From assembly GCA_963784445.1 (NCBI GenBank), contig CAWARO010000001.1, positions 833,133 to 897,132 on the forward strand: 64,000 nt of DNA, written 5' to 3'. Under the pieces are notes generated by a model. It searched no databases. It was not told the origin of the DNA and saw nothing but the letters and a program-made list of their open reading frames with translations. Each line of letters opens with the position of its first letter. The stretch's first letter is position 1. This document shows positions 37,430 through 46,338 of the stretch, in pieces. A program made the translations under genes and the position numbers. The stretch comes from an uncultured Acidimicrobiia bacterium. GTDB lineage: Bacteria; Acidobacteriota; Vicinamibacteria; Vicinamibacterales; UBA2999.

Positions 37430-37519
37430 GGAGAGGTGGCTGAGTGGTCGATAGCGGCGGTCTTGAAAACCGTTGAGCCTTCACGGGCTCCAGGGGTTCG
37501 AATCCCTTCCTCTCCGCCA
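37430..37519 (+). tRNA. tRNA-Ser (anticodon UGA), CCA encoded
   Basis: Hand-folded cloverleaf. Acceptor GGAGAGG/CCTCTCC. Anticodon stem-loop GCGGT-CTTGAAA-ACCGT. Long variable arm GAGCC-ttcacg-GGCTC. T-arm AGGGG-TTCGAAT-CCCTT. Confidence 0.9.
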
Positions 37520-37682
37520 CTTCGTTCGGCCTTCGGCCTCACTCGTGGCGTCGAGGCCGATTCAGCCACGCATCGGCGAGTCCTTCGGCTCGCCGCTAGC
37601 GGGGTCGAATCCCTTCCTCTCCGCCACTTCCTCGACGGATTCAGTCACGCAGCGGGCGCGAATCCCTTCCTCTCTCCCACTA
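37520..37682 (+). repeat. Two degenerate tandem copies of the tRNA-Ser 3' portion
   Basis: ggggtcgaatcccttcctctccgccacttc at 37601-37630 matches the tRNA 3' end (37493-37523) apart from one missing t. It is preceded by a variable-arm-like hairpin. A third, more diverged copy cgaatcccttcctctctcccac lies at 37659-37680. gattcagYcacgca also recurs at about 37560 and about 37639. Confidence 0.8.
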
Positions 37683-38864
37683 CAGCGACTTCAAATATTC
37701 CACCAGCTCCTTCTGTTGTGCCGGCGTGAGTGCAAGCTTGCGCGTGCGGTTGTAGTGCGCCACCACGGCGTCGAGCGTTGCGGCGCTGCCGTCGTGGAAG
37801 TACGGCGGATGCTGCCATAGGCCGCGCAGCGGCGTCGTGCGATACGCCTTGTTGGCGGTCCGCGCCGCGTACGCGCCGTCGACGCCGGTGTCGGATGGCG
37901 CGTGGAGCACGCCCTTGTTGTTGTCGGTGCCGGTTCCGCCGACGTGACAACTCGCGCACTCCTTGTCGAACAACGTCTTGCCGCGCGTGGCGATGGTCGC
38001 GTCCACGCTGCCGGCCGGAGGCGGCGGCGCCGCGAGGCTGTGCTGATAGGCGCGCAGCGCCGGCAGCTTCGACGTCACGAGATCGGGGTCGTGCTTCACC
38101 GCAATTTTCAGCCGTGGATCGGAGAAAGTTCCCCGGCCGCCCATCTGCGTGATCGCGACGTACGCATTCCAATACGAGATCGGCCCTTCCGCCGTGTAAG
38201 TCTCATTCGTCACCTGCGCCAATCCGTAGGCCGGCGGAATCACGAGCGGCGTGTTCTTGCCGTCCTGGTTGTAGCGGGGGTCGTATTTGCCCGCTCCCCA
38301 CGACGAATACACCGCCTTCTTCTCGGCAGGCAGCGCCGGCGACAGCGCGATAATCGCGCCGGGATTCAGGTCGCGGTTTGCCCATCCGTCCATACGACGG
38401 CCGATGCCCGGTGCCAACGAGTTGTCCACATTCGAGTGGCAGAGCGCGCAGGTCACGCCGAGACGCGTGATGTTGTTGTTGGCATCAACCACGGCTTGGA
38501 CGCCGACCACCGCGTTCATTTTCAGCAGCGCCACCGTAGTGGCGGGACTCTTCAGATCGACTTTCTTCAGGATTCCCGGAGGCAGCACATCGGCGTCGAC
38601 CTTCAGCCCCACCTTGAGCGCTGTCGTCGGATCAACTTGCTTCTGGATTACTTCGTGAAGCCGTAGCGTGTCGGTCCAGAGCTGTTCGTCCCCGAAGGTA
38701 TCGAACCGGAAGATGCGTTGTCCTTCCGCGATCACTGCCGGCGACGCCTGAGCTTGCACCGTTGAGGTAGCGAAGCGAACATGCTGATTTGCCGGGGTGG
38801 CACGGACGACGATTGCCGCGATGACAGCGGCGAACGTAAGGACAATGGTGAATTGACGAAGCAT
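37680..38864 (-). CDS. Di-haem c-type cytochrome, peroxidase-like (DUF1111/CCP-like)
   Basis: 394 aa. N-terminal membrane anchor or signal. Two CxxCH motifs (CALCH, CASCH). C-terminus RTTPLRGLWQHPPYFHDGSAATLDAVVAHY. Confidence 0.7.
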   Translation of the reverse strand: MLRQFTIVLTFAAVIAAIVVRATPANQHVRFATSTVQAQASPAVIAEGQRIFRFDTFGDEQLWTDTLRLHEVIQKQVDPTTALKVGLKVDADVLPPGILKKVDLKSPATTVALLKMNAVVGVQAVVDANNNITRLGVTCALCHSNVDNSLAPGIGRRMDGWANRDLNPGAIIALSPALPAEKKAVYSSWGAGKYDPRYNQDGKNTPLVIPPAYGLAQVTNETYTAEGPISYWNAYVAITQMGGRGTFSDPRLKIAVKHDPDLVTSKLPALRAYQHSLAAPPPPAGSVDATIATRGKTLFDKECASCHVGGTGTDNNKGVLHAPSDTGVDGAYAARTANKAYRTTPLRGLWQHPPYFHDGSAATLDAVVAHYNRTRKLALTPAQQKELVEYLKSL

Positions 38865-38947
38865 ATCGGCCTCCGTCTAATAGAGCGCGGTGGACGGAAA
38901 CGGTGACAGGTACGTCACGCAATCGGCGGTCGCCACTCTAATGCCTG

Positions 38948-39610
38948 ATGCCAATGCCTAATGCTCAGGAGCTAGCGCGGTTGAATGTCCTCCCTGATGA
39001 AGAGGTGGTGTCGCGCGTTGTCGAGGGCGAAACCGAGCTGTTCGAGATCCTGATGCGGCGCCACAACGAGCGCATCTACCGCGCCGCTCGCGCGATCACT
39101 CGCGACGCGGATGAGGCGGAGGATGTCGTCCAGCACACGCATGTCAAGGCCTTCACTCACTTGCGGCAGTTCACCGGGCGGGCGCAGTTCGCCACCTGGC
39201 TGACCACCATCGCCGTCCACGAAGCGATCGCCCGGGTCCGCCGGCGCGGAAAGTACGAACCGTTTGACGACGAGGTGCCGGTGGTGGAGCCGTTTCCGCT
39301 GCTGGGAGATCCGGAGCGGCAGACCTCGACGGGCGAACTGCACGCGCTGCTGGAATGGGCGATCGATCAGCTGCCCGACGGCGCCCGCGAAATCTTTGTG
39401 CTGCGTGAGGTCGAAGGGTTGAGCACAACGGAAGCGGCCGAATGCCTGGGCGTCTCGACCGACGTCGTCAAGGCGCGGTTGTCGCGGGCCCGTGCTGCGC
39501 TGCGTCGCGCGTTGACCGAGCGCACGGGTGCTGCCGCCCGGGATGTCTTCAGGTTCTACCGTCCTCGCTGTGACCGAGTGGTCACGTTCGTGATGTCGGC
39601 AGTGAGGTAA
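38948..39610 (+). CDS. ECF-type RNA polymerase sigma-70 family factor
   Basis: 220 aa. Region 2 DVVQHTHVKAFTHL. Region 4 FVLREVEGLSTTEAAECLGVSTDVVKARLSRAR. A tail of about 30 aa follows, ending FRFYRPRCDRVVTFVMSAVR. Confidence 0.85.
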   Translation: MPMPNAQELARLNVLPDEEVVSRVVEGETELFEILMRRHNERIYRAARAITRDADEAEDVVQHTHVKAFTHLRQFTGRAQFATWLTTIAVHEAIARVRRRGKYEPFDDEVPVVEPFPLLGDPERQTSTGELHALLEWAIDQLPDGAREIFVLREVEGLSTTEAAECLGVSTDVVKARLSRARAALRRALTERTGAAARDVFRFYRPRCDRVVTFVMSAVR

Positions 39611-39662
39611 CGGAGTCCGCTCTCGAGGTCCACCAAGACGGCACTTGAGGTAACCTGCCTTC

Positions 39663-40112
39663 ATGCGAGCGATGGTGCTGATCGCCGTCCTTGTCGTTGC
39701 GGCGGGTTGCCGCGACAATTCCAATGCCGATTTTCCCGAGGGCGAGCCGATGGCCGATACCGGTGTGACGCAGTTACTGAAAACCGACATCAAAGTTGGC
39801 GACGGCGCCGAAGCGCGGCCCGGGCGGGTGGTGCGCGTGCATTACACGGGCTGGCTGTACGACGCGAGCCGTCCCGACAAGCGCGGCCAGAAGTTCGACA
39901 GCTCCAAAGACTCGATGCAGCCGTTCGATTTCACGCTTGGAGCCAAGGAAGTGATCCCCGGATGGGACGAGGGCGTGGCCGGCATGAAAGTCGGCGGCAC
40001 GCGCACCCTCACGATTCCGCCCGCGATGGGGTACGGTGCGCGGGGCGCCGGCGGGGTGATTCCTCCGAACGCCACGCTTGTGTTCGAGGTCGAATTACTC
40101 GACGTGAAGTAG
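39663..40112 (+). CDS. FKBP-type peptidyl-prolyl cis-trans isomerase, lipoprotein-like signal
   Basis: 149 aa. Signal LVVAAGC. Contains VHYTGWL and VIPGWDEGVAGMKVGGTRTLTIPPAMGYG. Confidence 0.9.
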   Translation: MRAMVLIAVLVVAAGCRDNSNADFPEGEPMADTGVTQLLKTDIKVGDGAEARPGRVVRVHYTGWLYDASRPDKRGQKFDSSKDSMQPFDFTLGAKEVIPGWDEGVAGMKVGGTRTLTIPPAMGYGARGAGGVIPPNATLVFEVELLDVK

Positions 40113-40440
40113 AGACGCACCCAGGTGCGATCGGTTCGCACCAAAGCACTTGGGAGGCATTGATTCCAATCAAGCGTCCCGACCGGATCAGCCGAACCAC
40201 CACAGCTTCAATCTCCCCGACGCCGTCGGCGAACACGACTTCGGCGTCGGTGATCACAGCCACAAGGCGCTGAAGCGAGATTCCCGCCGCGCCCATCATC
40301 ACGCGCAAACGAGGCGCCAGATCTTTGCGCGTTGAACGACAGACGACCACCACGTGCAGTCCACGGCCGGCAGCATCGACAGCCGCCGCCAGCACCGCTG
40401 GCGGGGCGCCGGAGATCACGATGTCGGCCGTGGCCTTCAT
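40009..40440 (-). CDS. Hypothetical protein with a Rossmann-like N-terminus; possible gene remnant
   Basis: 143 aa. N-terminus MKATADIVISGAPPAVLAAAVDAAGRGLHVVVV. ATGA-coupled to the upstream peroxidase gene. The low-complexity Arg/Ser tail overlaps the FKBP gene by 104 nt. Confidence 0.3.
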   Translation of the reverse strand: MKATADIVISGAPPAVLAAAVDAAGRGLHVVVVCRSTRKDLAPRLRVMMGAAGISLQRLVAVITDAEVVFADGVGEIEAVVVRLIRSGRLIGINASQVLWCEPIAPGCVSTSRRVIRPRTQAWRSEESPRRRPAHRTPSRAES

Positions 40441-41669
40441 CGCTCACGCTCGGTTGTCGTGGTGGTCACGATCGTTGATCCGCTGAGCGTGCGAAGGAAC
40501 GCTTCGAGTTGGCGCAGTTCAGCCGGTTTCAAACGGAGCGGCTTCAGCTCCGTATGCCCGGCCGGCGCCGCCGGCGCACGGTTGTAGTGATCGAGCACTT
40601 CGGCAAGCGTGCTGAATTGACCGGCGTGCATGTAGGGCGCGCGCTCGGCGACATTACGCAGCGACGGCACTTTGTAGGCGCGTTGCAGCGTGTGCTCACC
40701 GGTCACGAGAAACTCAAGCTCCGAGCAGCCCTGTAGGCGATCGCTCCAGCGGCTCTTGCAGCTGAATTCGTCATTCAGGACCGCCTTGGCGCCGCTGAAC
40801 CGGCCATCGTCAGCCGGCAATCCAGGCCGGCTCGGCACTCCGGTATTGTGGAACTCGTTGTTGGTGAAGAGTGGCCCGTTGTGGCACTGCGTGCAGTTCG
40901 CCTTGCCTACAAAGAGCCGCAGCCCCGCACGTTCGTCGTTCGACAGGATGTCCGCGTCGCGCTCACTGAGCGCCTCAACGAACTGGTCGAACCGCGAAGC
41001 GCCGTACTCGATCCGGCGCTCGTAAGCCGCCACGGCTTTACCGATGTTCACAAACACCCGCGTCACGTCATCGCGCTGTGATTCAGTGAGCGCCATCCAA
41101 GCCCTTGTCGCGTCGCGGTTCTCGACCGGACCTGCTGCCACCGGCACACGGGTCAGATCAGGCAACGCACCAAAGATGGCTTCGTACTCCCGAGCGTAGT
41201 GTGTGGCGATCACGTGAGCGTATTGGGCCCGCGTGCCGCCATGTTCCACCGCGCTCTCCAGCGGACCCAAAGCCTGCGCCCACTGACTGTCCTTGCGGCC
41301 GTCCCAGAACAAAAAGGGCGAACGGGAGGTCGCCGCGATCGGCATGGTTCGCCTCGTCGTGGTCCCCACACCGACTGCGAGCGCGGTGCCATCCTGAAAC
41401 TCACGCTGCGGCTGATGGCACGTCCCACAAGACACCTTGCCGTCGAGGCTCAGGCGCGCATCGAAGAACAGACGTTCACCCAGGGCGGCCGCGCGTGGGT
41501 CGTTTGCCACGCGGTTGGTCGGATCGGGCGGAACCGGATCGAGTGCCGTCAGCGACAGCGAGCGCAGTTCGTGGATCTCTGCCGCGGTCCAGCGCTCACC
41601 TCCAGATGCCACCGCGACGACGGAGGTCAGGAGAATGGCGACCAGGATGAGGAAACGATTCGCATTCAT
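40437..41669 (-). CDS. Di-haem cytochrome c peroxidase (CCP/MauG family)
   Basis: 410 aa. CGTCH and CTQCH haem motifs. Contains PSLRNVAERAPYMHAGQFSTLAEVLDHY. Confidence 0.88.
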   Translation of the reverse strand: MNANRFLILVAILLTSVVAVASGGERWTAAEIHELRSLSLTALDPVPPDPTNRVANDPRAAALGERLFFDARLSLDGKVSCGTCHQPQREFQDGTALAVGVGTTTRRTMPIAATSRSPFLFWDGRKDSQWAQALGPLESAVEHGGTRAQYAHVIATHYAREYEAIFGALPDLTRVPVAAGPVENRDATRAWMALTESQRDDVTRVFVNIGKAVAAYERRIEYGASRFDQFVEALSERDADILSNDERAGLRLFVGKANCTQCHNGPLFTNNEFHNTGVPSRPGLPADDGRFSGAKAVLNDEFSCKSRWSDRLQGCSELEFLVTGEHTLQRAYKVPSLRNVAERAPYMHAGQFSTLAEVLDHYNRAPAAPAGHTELKPLRLKPAELRQLEAFLRTLSGSTIVTTTTTERER

Positions 41670-41687
41670 GGCGGGCTCCGTCTGAAA

Positions 41688-42164
41688 TCAGAGGTCCAGG
41701 TTGAACGTGACCGTATCGGCGCCGGGCGCGGCTTCAATCACGACCTTGAATTCCCACCAGCCACCCATATTGAACCGCACACCTTCGATTTCATACGCGC
41801 CGCCACCCAGGCTCTTGGTGACCCGCGGCCGCGTCGGCAAGCCGTGGCCGTGCTGCGGCATGCCGCCGGCGATCACGATCGCCGCGCCGTCCACCGGACG
41901 GCCTCCGGCATCGGTGATGACGATACGAACCGTCTGCATTTTGCGGGGGCGCAGCAGCGCGCTCGGTTCGAGGGTGGCGAGGTATCGGCCTTGGGCCGAG
42001 GGCCGCGGGCCCAGGCCGAATTCAGTGGCGGCCGGCCTCCGCGCAGACTTGCCGGCCATCATCATCACGTGACCGCACGCCGAGAGACCGATGGCCGAGG
42101 CCATGATGACCGCGAAGATGACCGCCGGCTGGTAACGTGATTTGCTACGCTGTGCTGTGTTCAT
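41688..42164 (-). CDS. Small periplasmic lipoprotein, YtkA/FixH-like fold suspected
   Basis: I prefer the ATG at 42164, six nt after AAGGAG. Lipobox LSAC. Contains GGMPQHGHGLP and FNMGGWWEFKVVIEA. Family call is tentative. Confidence 0.5.
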   Translation of the reverse strand: MNTAQRSKSRYQPAVIFAVIMASAIGLSACGHVMMMAGKSARRPAATEFGLGPRPSAQGRYLATLEPSALLRPRKMQTVRIVITDAGGRPVDGAAIVIAGGMPQHGHGLPTRPRVTKSLGGGAYEIEGVRFNMGGWWEFKVVIEAAPGADTVTFNLDL

Positions 42165-42275
42165 TGCCGTCTCCTTTACTCTTGCGGCGACCATCGCCGC
42201 GACACTGCAACGATAGCGACGGCGAACCCCCGAGCGATTGAACGGACGAGCCGAAGTTGTTGAACGAACGCGCTG

Positions 42276-43130
42276 ATGTCCTTGAATAAACCTGCTGCGG
42301 GCGCAGGCGGGCAAAGGTGGTCGGTGCCGCCGCGCTGGTATCTATGGGACGGCGGATTCCTGCTGCTTGGCCAAAGCGTTGGCGTGGTCCCGCCGCATGC
42401 GCATCACGCCATCCAGATCGTCATCACGGTCGAAGGCAATGTCAGCATCCGCGGCAAACGAGGCGACTGGCAGGCGGCGGAAGCGGTGATCGTCCGGCCG
42501 GACGTCGAACACTCGTTCGATGGGGGCGGGGCGGTCGGCGCGATGTTGTTTGTCGATCCCGAGTCGCTCGAAGGCGCGTGGCTGCTGATGTCATTGCGGA
42601 GGGACATCACCGTCGTTCCGCCCACGCGGGTCGTCTCGTGTGTGACCGAACTGAAGCGGTTCCTGGATGATCCGTTCGCCGGCATGGAAGTGGGCGCATT
42701 GGTCAAGTACTGCGTGCACTCGCTCTGCACCGGTGTGGCGCCCGGTCGCCGGCTGGATTCCCGGATCACGCGGGTCCTCGAGGCGATTCGCCGCTCGGAC
42801 GAAGTGCGCATGTCCGTTGACGACGCGGCGGCGCTCGCGTTTCTCTCGCCCAGCCGATTCGCCCACCTGTTCAAGCAGCAGATGGGCCTCCCATTTCGAC
42901 GGTATTTGCTGTGGCGAAAACTGGCGCGGGCCATGCTCGTGATCGGCCGCCAGCAGACCATTTCCACCGCGGCCCACGAGGCTGATTTCGCCGACGCCGC
43001 CCACCTGACGCGCACGTTCTACCAGATGTTCGGCATTCCGCCTTCGCTGCTGATGCGCGGCGAATTCATTGAAATTGCCTCACCCTTCGCCGCACCGGAC
43101 ACCGCGCCGATGACGCGTCAGCGACAATGA
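42276..43130 (+). CDS. AraC family transcriptional regulator
   Basis: 284 aa. C-terminal double HTH (SPSRFAHLFKQQMGLPFRRYLLWRKL ... DAAHLTRTFYQMFGIPPS). Confidence 0.8.
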   Translation: MSLNKPAAGAGGQRWSVPPRWYLWDGGFLLLGQSVGVVPPHAHHAIQIVITVEGNVSIRGKRGDWQAAEAVIVRPDVEHSFDGGGAVGAMLFVDPESLEGAWLLMSLRRDITVVPPTRVVSCVTELKRFLDDPFAGMEVGALVKYCVHSLCTGVAPGRRLDSRITRVLEAIRRSDEVRMSVDDAAALAFLSPSRFAHLFKQQMGLPFRRYLLWRKLARAMLVIGRQQTISTAAHEADFADAAHLTRTFYQMFGIPPSLLMRGEFIEIASPFAAPDTAPMTRQRQ

Positions 43131-44215
43131 ACTGCCGCCACTTCGGGGTTTGCGGCGGCTGCACGCTGCCAGGCGTGCCCTACGCCGATCAACTTGCGAA
43201 GAAGCGGCAGGATCTGTCGCGGCTGCTTCGCCTCGACGTGCCGGCGCTCATTCCTTCGCCGTCCGAATCCGGTTTCCGCTGCAAGGTGGCGTTCGTGTTT
43301 GGCGCGGGCCCTCGAGGTCAGCTCGTGATGGGGCATTACGCACTCGAATCGCAGCGCATCGTCCCGATCGAGGAATGCCCTGTACATCACGAGCGCGGCA
43401 ACCGAATCGCGTTTGCCCTTCGCGATCACCTCTCCCGAGTAACGGCGATAACACCCTTACTGCGCCACGTCATCATCCGCGCGACCGCAGATGGCCGAGA
43501 GGCGTCAGCGATGCTGGTGGTGCGGCGAAACGACAAGGCGTTGCGTGCGCCAATCAAGAAGTTTCTCGCCTCGCCGGAAAAACCAGATGGGTTCTTCATC
43601 AACATCCACGACAAGCCCGGGCCGTTCATGGTCGGCGACGAGACGATCAAGATCGAAGGGCGCAGCCACGTCAAGGAAGTCGTCTCTGGGATCTCGTATC
43701 TCGTCTCGCCTGCGGCGTTCTTCCAGACCAATGTGGGCGCAGCGGCGGTTCTCGTGAAACTCGTTCTCGAGGAGGTCGGACCCGCGAAGACGGTTCTTGA
43801 TTTGTACTGCGGCAGCGGGTTGTTCTCACTGCAACTGGCGAAGGCGGGCGCGCGCGTGACGGGCGTCGAAGAGAACCGGCAGGCGATTAAGGATGCCGAA
43901 GCCAATCTCCGGTTGAATCGGCTGCCGGAAGGGCAGGTGCGGTTCATTGCCGGCAGGGCAGAGGACTCCATCAGAGGCACCTTTGATGCGGTCGTCCTCG
44001 ATCCGCCCCGCCAGGGCTGCCCGCCGCGCGTGTTGTCGGCGGTGTTCGAGCAGCTGCGGCCGGCCAAGGCGGTCTACGTCTCCTGCAATCCGGATGCGCT
44101 CGCCGTCGAATTGCCGGTTATCCTCAATGCCGGCTATCGCGTGACGCGCGTGCAGCCGGTTGACATGTTTCCGCACACCACCCACCTCGAGACCGTCATG
44201 GTGTTCGCCCGGTGA
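43127..44215 (+). CDS. Class I SAM-dependent RNA (uracil-5-)-methyltransferase, RlmD/TrmA family without TRAM
   Basis: 362 aa. N-terminal Cys cluster CRHFGVCGGC. SAM motif LDLYCGSGLFSL. Catalytic-Cys region VYVSCNP. Confidence 0.85.
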   Translation: MNCRHFGVCGGCTLPGVPYADQLAKKRQDLSRLLRLDVPALIPSPSESGFRCKVAFVFGAGPRGQLVMGHYALESQRIVPIEECPVHHERGNRIAFALRDHLSRVTAITPLLRHVIIRATADGREASAMLVVRRNDKALRAPIKKFLASPEKPDGFFINIHDKPGPFMVGDETIKIEGRSHVKEVVSGISYLVSPAAFFQTNVGAAAVLVKLVLEEVGPAKTVLDLYCGSGLFSLQLAKAGARVTGVEENRQAIKDAEANLRLNRLPEGQVRFIAGRAEDSIRGTFDAVVLDPPRQGCPPRVLSAVFEQLRPAKAVYVSCNPDALAVELPVILNAGYRVTRVQPVDMFPHTTHLETVMVFAR

Positions 44216-46296
44216 CGGCGGGGGTTCTTCGAACGGTCATCATCGCCTCCACGATCGTGGCGGCGATCACCGAGGCCTACCTGGCCACCTGGGACGCGCG
44301 CCAGGTGTTCGGGATCGCGCTGGCCGGCTTCGCCGCGACCTTGGCCGCGGGCCATCGCTACCGGCAAATCGCCCTGCCGGTATTGATGCCGCTGCTCTAC
44401 GTGATGCCCGCGATCTATCACCTCTGGATCGGCTACAAGGAATTCGGGTACGACGCGATCTGGCTGCTGCCGCTGCTGGGACTCGCGCTGTCGAGCCCGA
44501 CCCCGCTGACGTGGTCGTTGCCCAAACGATGGCAATGGCCGCTGGCGACATGGGCCGCCATCGTGTCGATCTCCTGGCCGATCGTGTTCCTGCGCGAATC
44601 CGACTTCACGTGGTGGGTCGCGATCGTGCCGCTCGAGCGCGTATCAAATTCGAGCGATGGCATCGGCCCGTGGCAGGCCGCGCTCAACGTGACCTACTTC
44701 GTGCTGCTGCACAATGTGGGCATCCTCTGGATCGACGCACTCTGCAGGTGGTATCGCGACCATCATCAACGATTTCGAGTTGAAGTGCTGCTGCCGCTGG
44801 CAATCGCCGCCGCAGTGTCCTGCGTGGTGTCGATCTACCAGGGCTACGTCGATCTCACGTTTCTCAACACCGGCTTTTGGGCCTACATGATTCGCGCCGG
44901 CGGCACGCTCGGCGATCCGAACAAACTCGGCGCGATCGCCGCGTTCTGGACCGTGGGATCGCTGGTGCTGGCAAAACGGGCGGGCACGAGGCGTGCGTTT
45001 CTGATGGGGGCCGCGGCGATGGTGCTCGGCATTGCCGGAGTCTGGCTGTCGGGATCCCGAACTGGCCTGGGCGCCTTGGTCTTCAGCCTGCCGATAGCCG
45101 CCTTTGAAGCCTTGCGCGCGTGGCGATCGGCCGCGATGGCCAGCCGCGTTAGCAGTGGCCGCGTGGCAGCGATCGCCGGCGGCGCCTTCGTCGTCGCCAT
45201 CCTGCTGATCGTCGGGCTGGGGTTCTCGTCCACACACACCGTCGGCGCGCGTGGCACGTGGGGCTATCTCCCATTCTTCGGCGATCGCGGCATCGCGGCA
45301 AGTGCGAACGAGCTGTTATGGGAACGGTTCGGATACGGACCGGCGGCCATCGAGATGGTGAAGGAACATCCGATCGACGGTGTCGGCATCGGCGTGTTCC
45401 ATACCGTGGTCCACGATTTCGCCACGCTTCGCGGCTACACGGGTGAGGACGCGATTCCCACCGACAACGCGCAGAACTGGTTGCGTCACAACATCGCGGA
45501 GCTCGGCATCATCGGCAGCATTCCTCTCCTGTGGTGGTGCGTACTGCTCGTATACGTGATGTTCAGCCGGCCACCTGGCGGTGATCGGCTGTCGTTCGGC
45601 CTGCTGCGCGCCGTGATCATCGGCTTCGGCATGGCGTCGATTTTCGGCATGCCATCCCAGGCAATGGCCGTGGTGATCACCTTCTGGACGTTCGTATTCT
45701 GGCTGTTTGCCGAACGCCCTTTGACTCGCTCTCCTCACGCGTCGCGTGACGAGAGCTCGCTCAGGACAGGCGACCTCGACGCGCCGGGCCCGGCGCTCCT
45801 CAGCGACTGGACGCGTGGCGCCACAATCGCCGCATTGGCGCTGATGGTGATTCATGCCGGCGCGACGATCGTCGACGCCCGCGGCGATCTGTGGCCGCGC
45901 AATCGCTCGATGCGGTTCGACTGGTTCTACAAGTACGGAATGAGCGAGCCCGAGCCGGATCCTGGTGGCAATCCCGTTCAGCGACGGTGGACCGTCATGC
46001 CGAAGTCGCTGGCGGTGGTACCGGTTAGCGGCAAGGTGCTGAAGTTCGTGGCGTGGATCGATCATCCAGATGGCGACGAGCGGCCCGTGAAGACGAAGGT
46101 GTGGGCCGACGGCAAGCTGGCCTTCGACGGCGAGATCAGGCGCAGCTCGCCGTTGTTACTGGACATTCCGGCCACGCCCGGTCGGTCGCACCTGATTCTG
46201 GAGACGGAGATCGATCGATTGTGGGCGCCGCGAGACTACGGGCAACGCGATCCGCGGGCGCTCGGGCTGTCGATTAGAGACTGGGTTTGGGAATAG
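44212..46296 (+). CDS. O-antigen ligase/polymerase-like (Wzy_C) polytopic membrane protein with a soluble C-terminal domain
   Basis: 694 aa. At least 10 predicted TM helices by eye. Contains LSGSRTGLGALVFSL. ATGA-type coupling to the methyltransferase. Confidence 0.7.
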   Translation: MTAGVLRTVIIASTIVAAITEAYLATWDARQVFGIALAGFAATLAAGHRYRQIALPVLMPLLYVMPAIYHLWIGYKEFGYDAIWLLPLLGLALSSPTPLTWSLPKRWQWPLATWAAIVSISWPIVFLRESDFTWWVAIVPLERVSNSSDGIGPWQAALNVTYFVLLHNVGILWIDALCRWYRDHHQRFRVEVLLPLAIAAAVSCVVSIYQGYVDLTFLNTGFWAYMIRAGGTLGDPNKLGAIAAFWTVGSLVLAKRAGTRRAFLMGAAAMVLGIAGVWLSGSRTGLGALVFSLPIAAFEALRAWRSAAMASRVSSGRVAAIAGGAFVVAILLIVGLGFSSTHTVGARGTWGYLPFFGDRGIAASANELLWERFGYGPAAIEMVKEHPIDGVGIGVFHTVVHDFATLRGYTGEDAIPTDNAQNWLRHNIAELGIIGSIPLLWWCVLLVYVMFSRPPGGDRLSFGLLRAVIIGFGMASIFGMPSQAMAVVITFWTFVFWLFAERPLTRSPHASRDESSLRTGDLDAPGPALLSDWTRGATIAALALMVIHAGATIVDARGDLWPRNRSMRFDWFYKYGMSEPEPDPGGNPVQRRWTVMPKSLAVVPVSGKVLKFVAWIDHPDGDERPVKTKVWADGKLAFDGEIRRSSPLLLDIPATPGRSHLILETEIDRLWAPRDYGQRDPRALGLSIRDWVWE

Positions 46297-46338
46297 AAGG
46301 AAATGAAAAACTAACAGTGAAAAATTAAAAACCCAAAT

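Noticed and set aside
37430-37519. Whether this tRNA could be tRNA-Sec (selC), given the two UGA-Sec genes in the window.
   Set aside because: The anticodon loop reads CU-UGA-AA. The anticodon is therefore UGA (decodes UCA Ser), not UCA. The acceptor/T-arm geometry is an ordinary 7/5 class II Ser tRNA.
38865-38947. ECF-type promoter (GGAAC ... CGTC) upstream of the sigma factor gene.
   Set aside because: GGAAAC and CGTC are present, but the spacer is about 11 nt rather than 16-17. This is not convincing without a search model.
37680-46296. Calling the post-tRNA region a prophage or integrative element.
   Set aside because: No integrase, excisionase, transposase, phage structural or conjugation genes are present, and no distal att repeat was found in the window. 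Only the tRNA scars and accessory content hint at past mobility.
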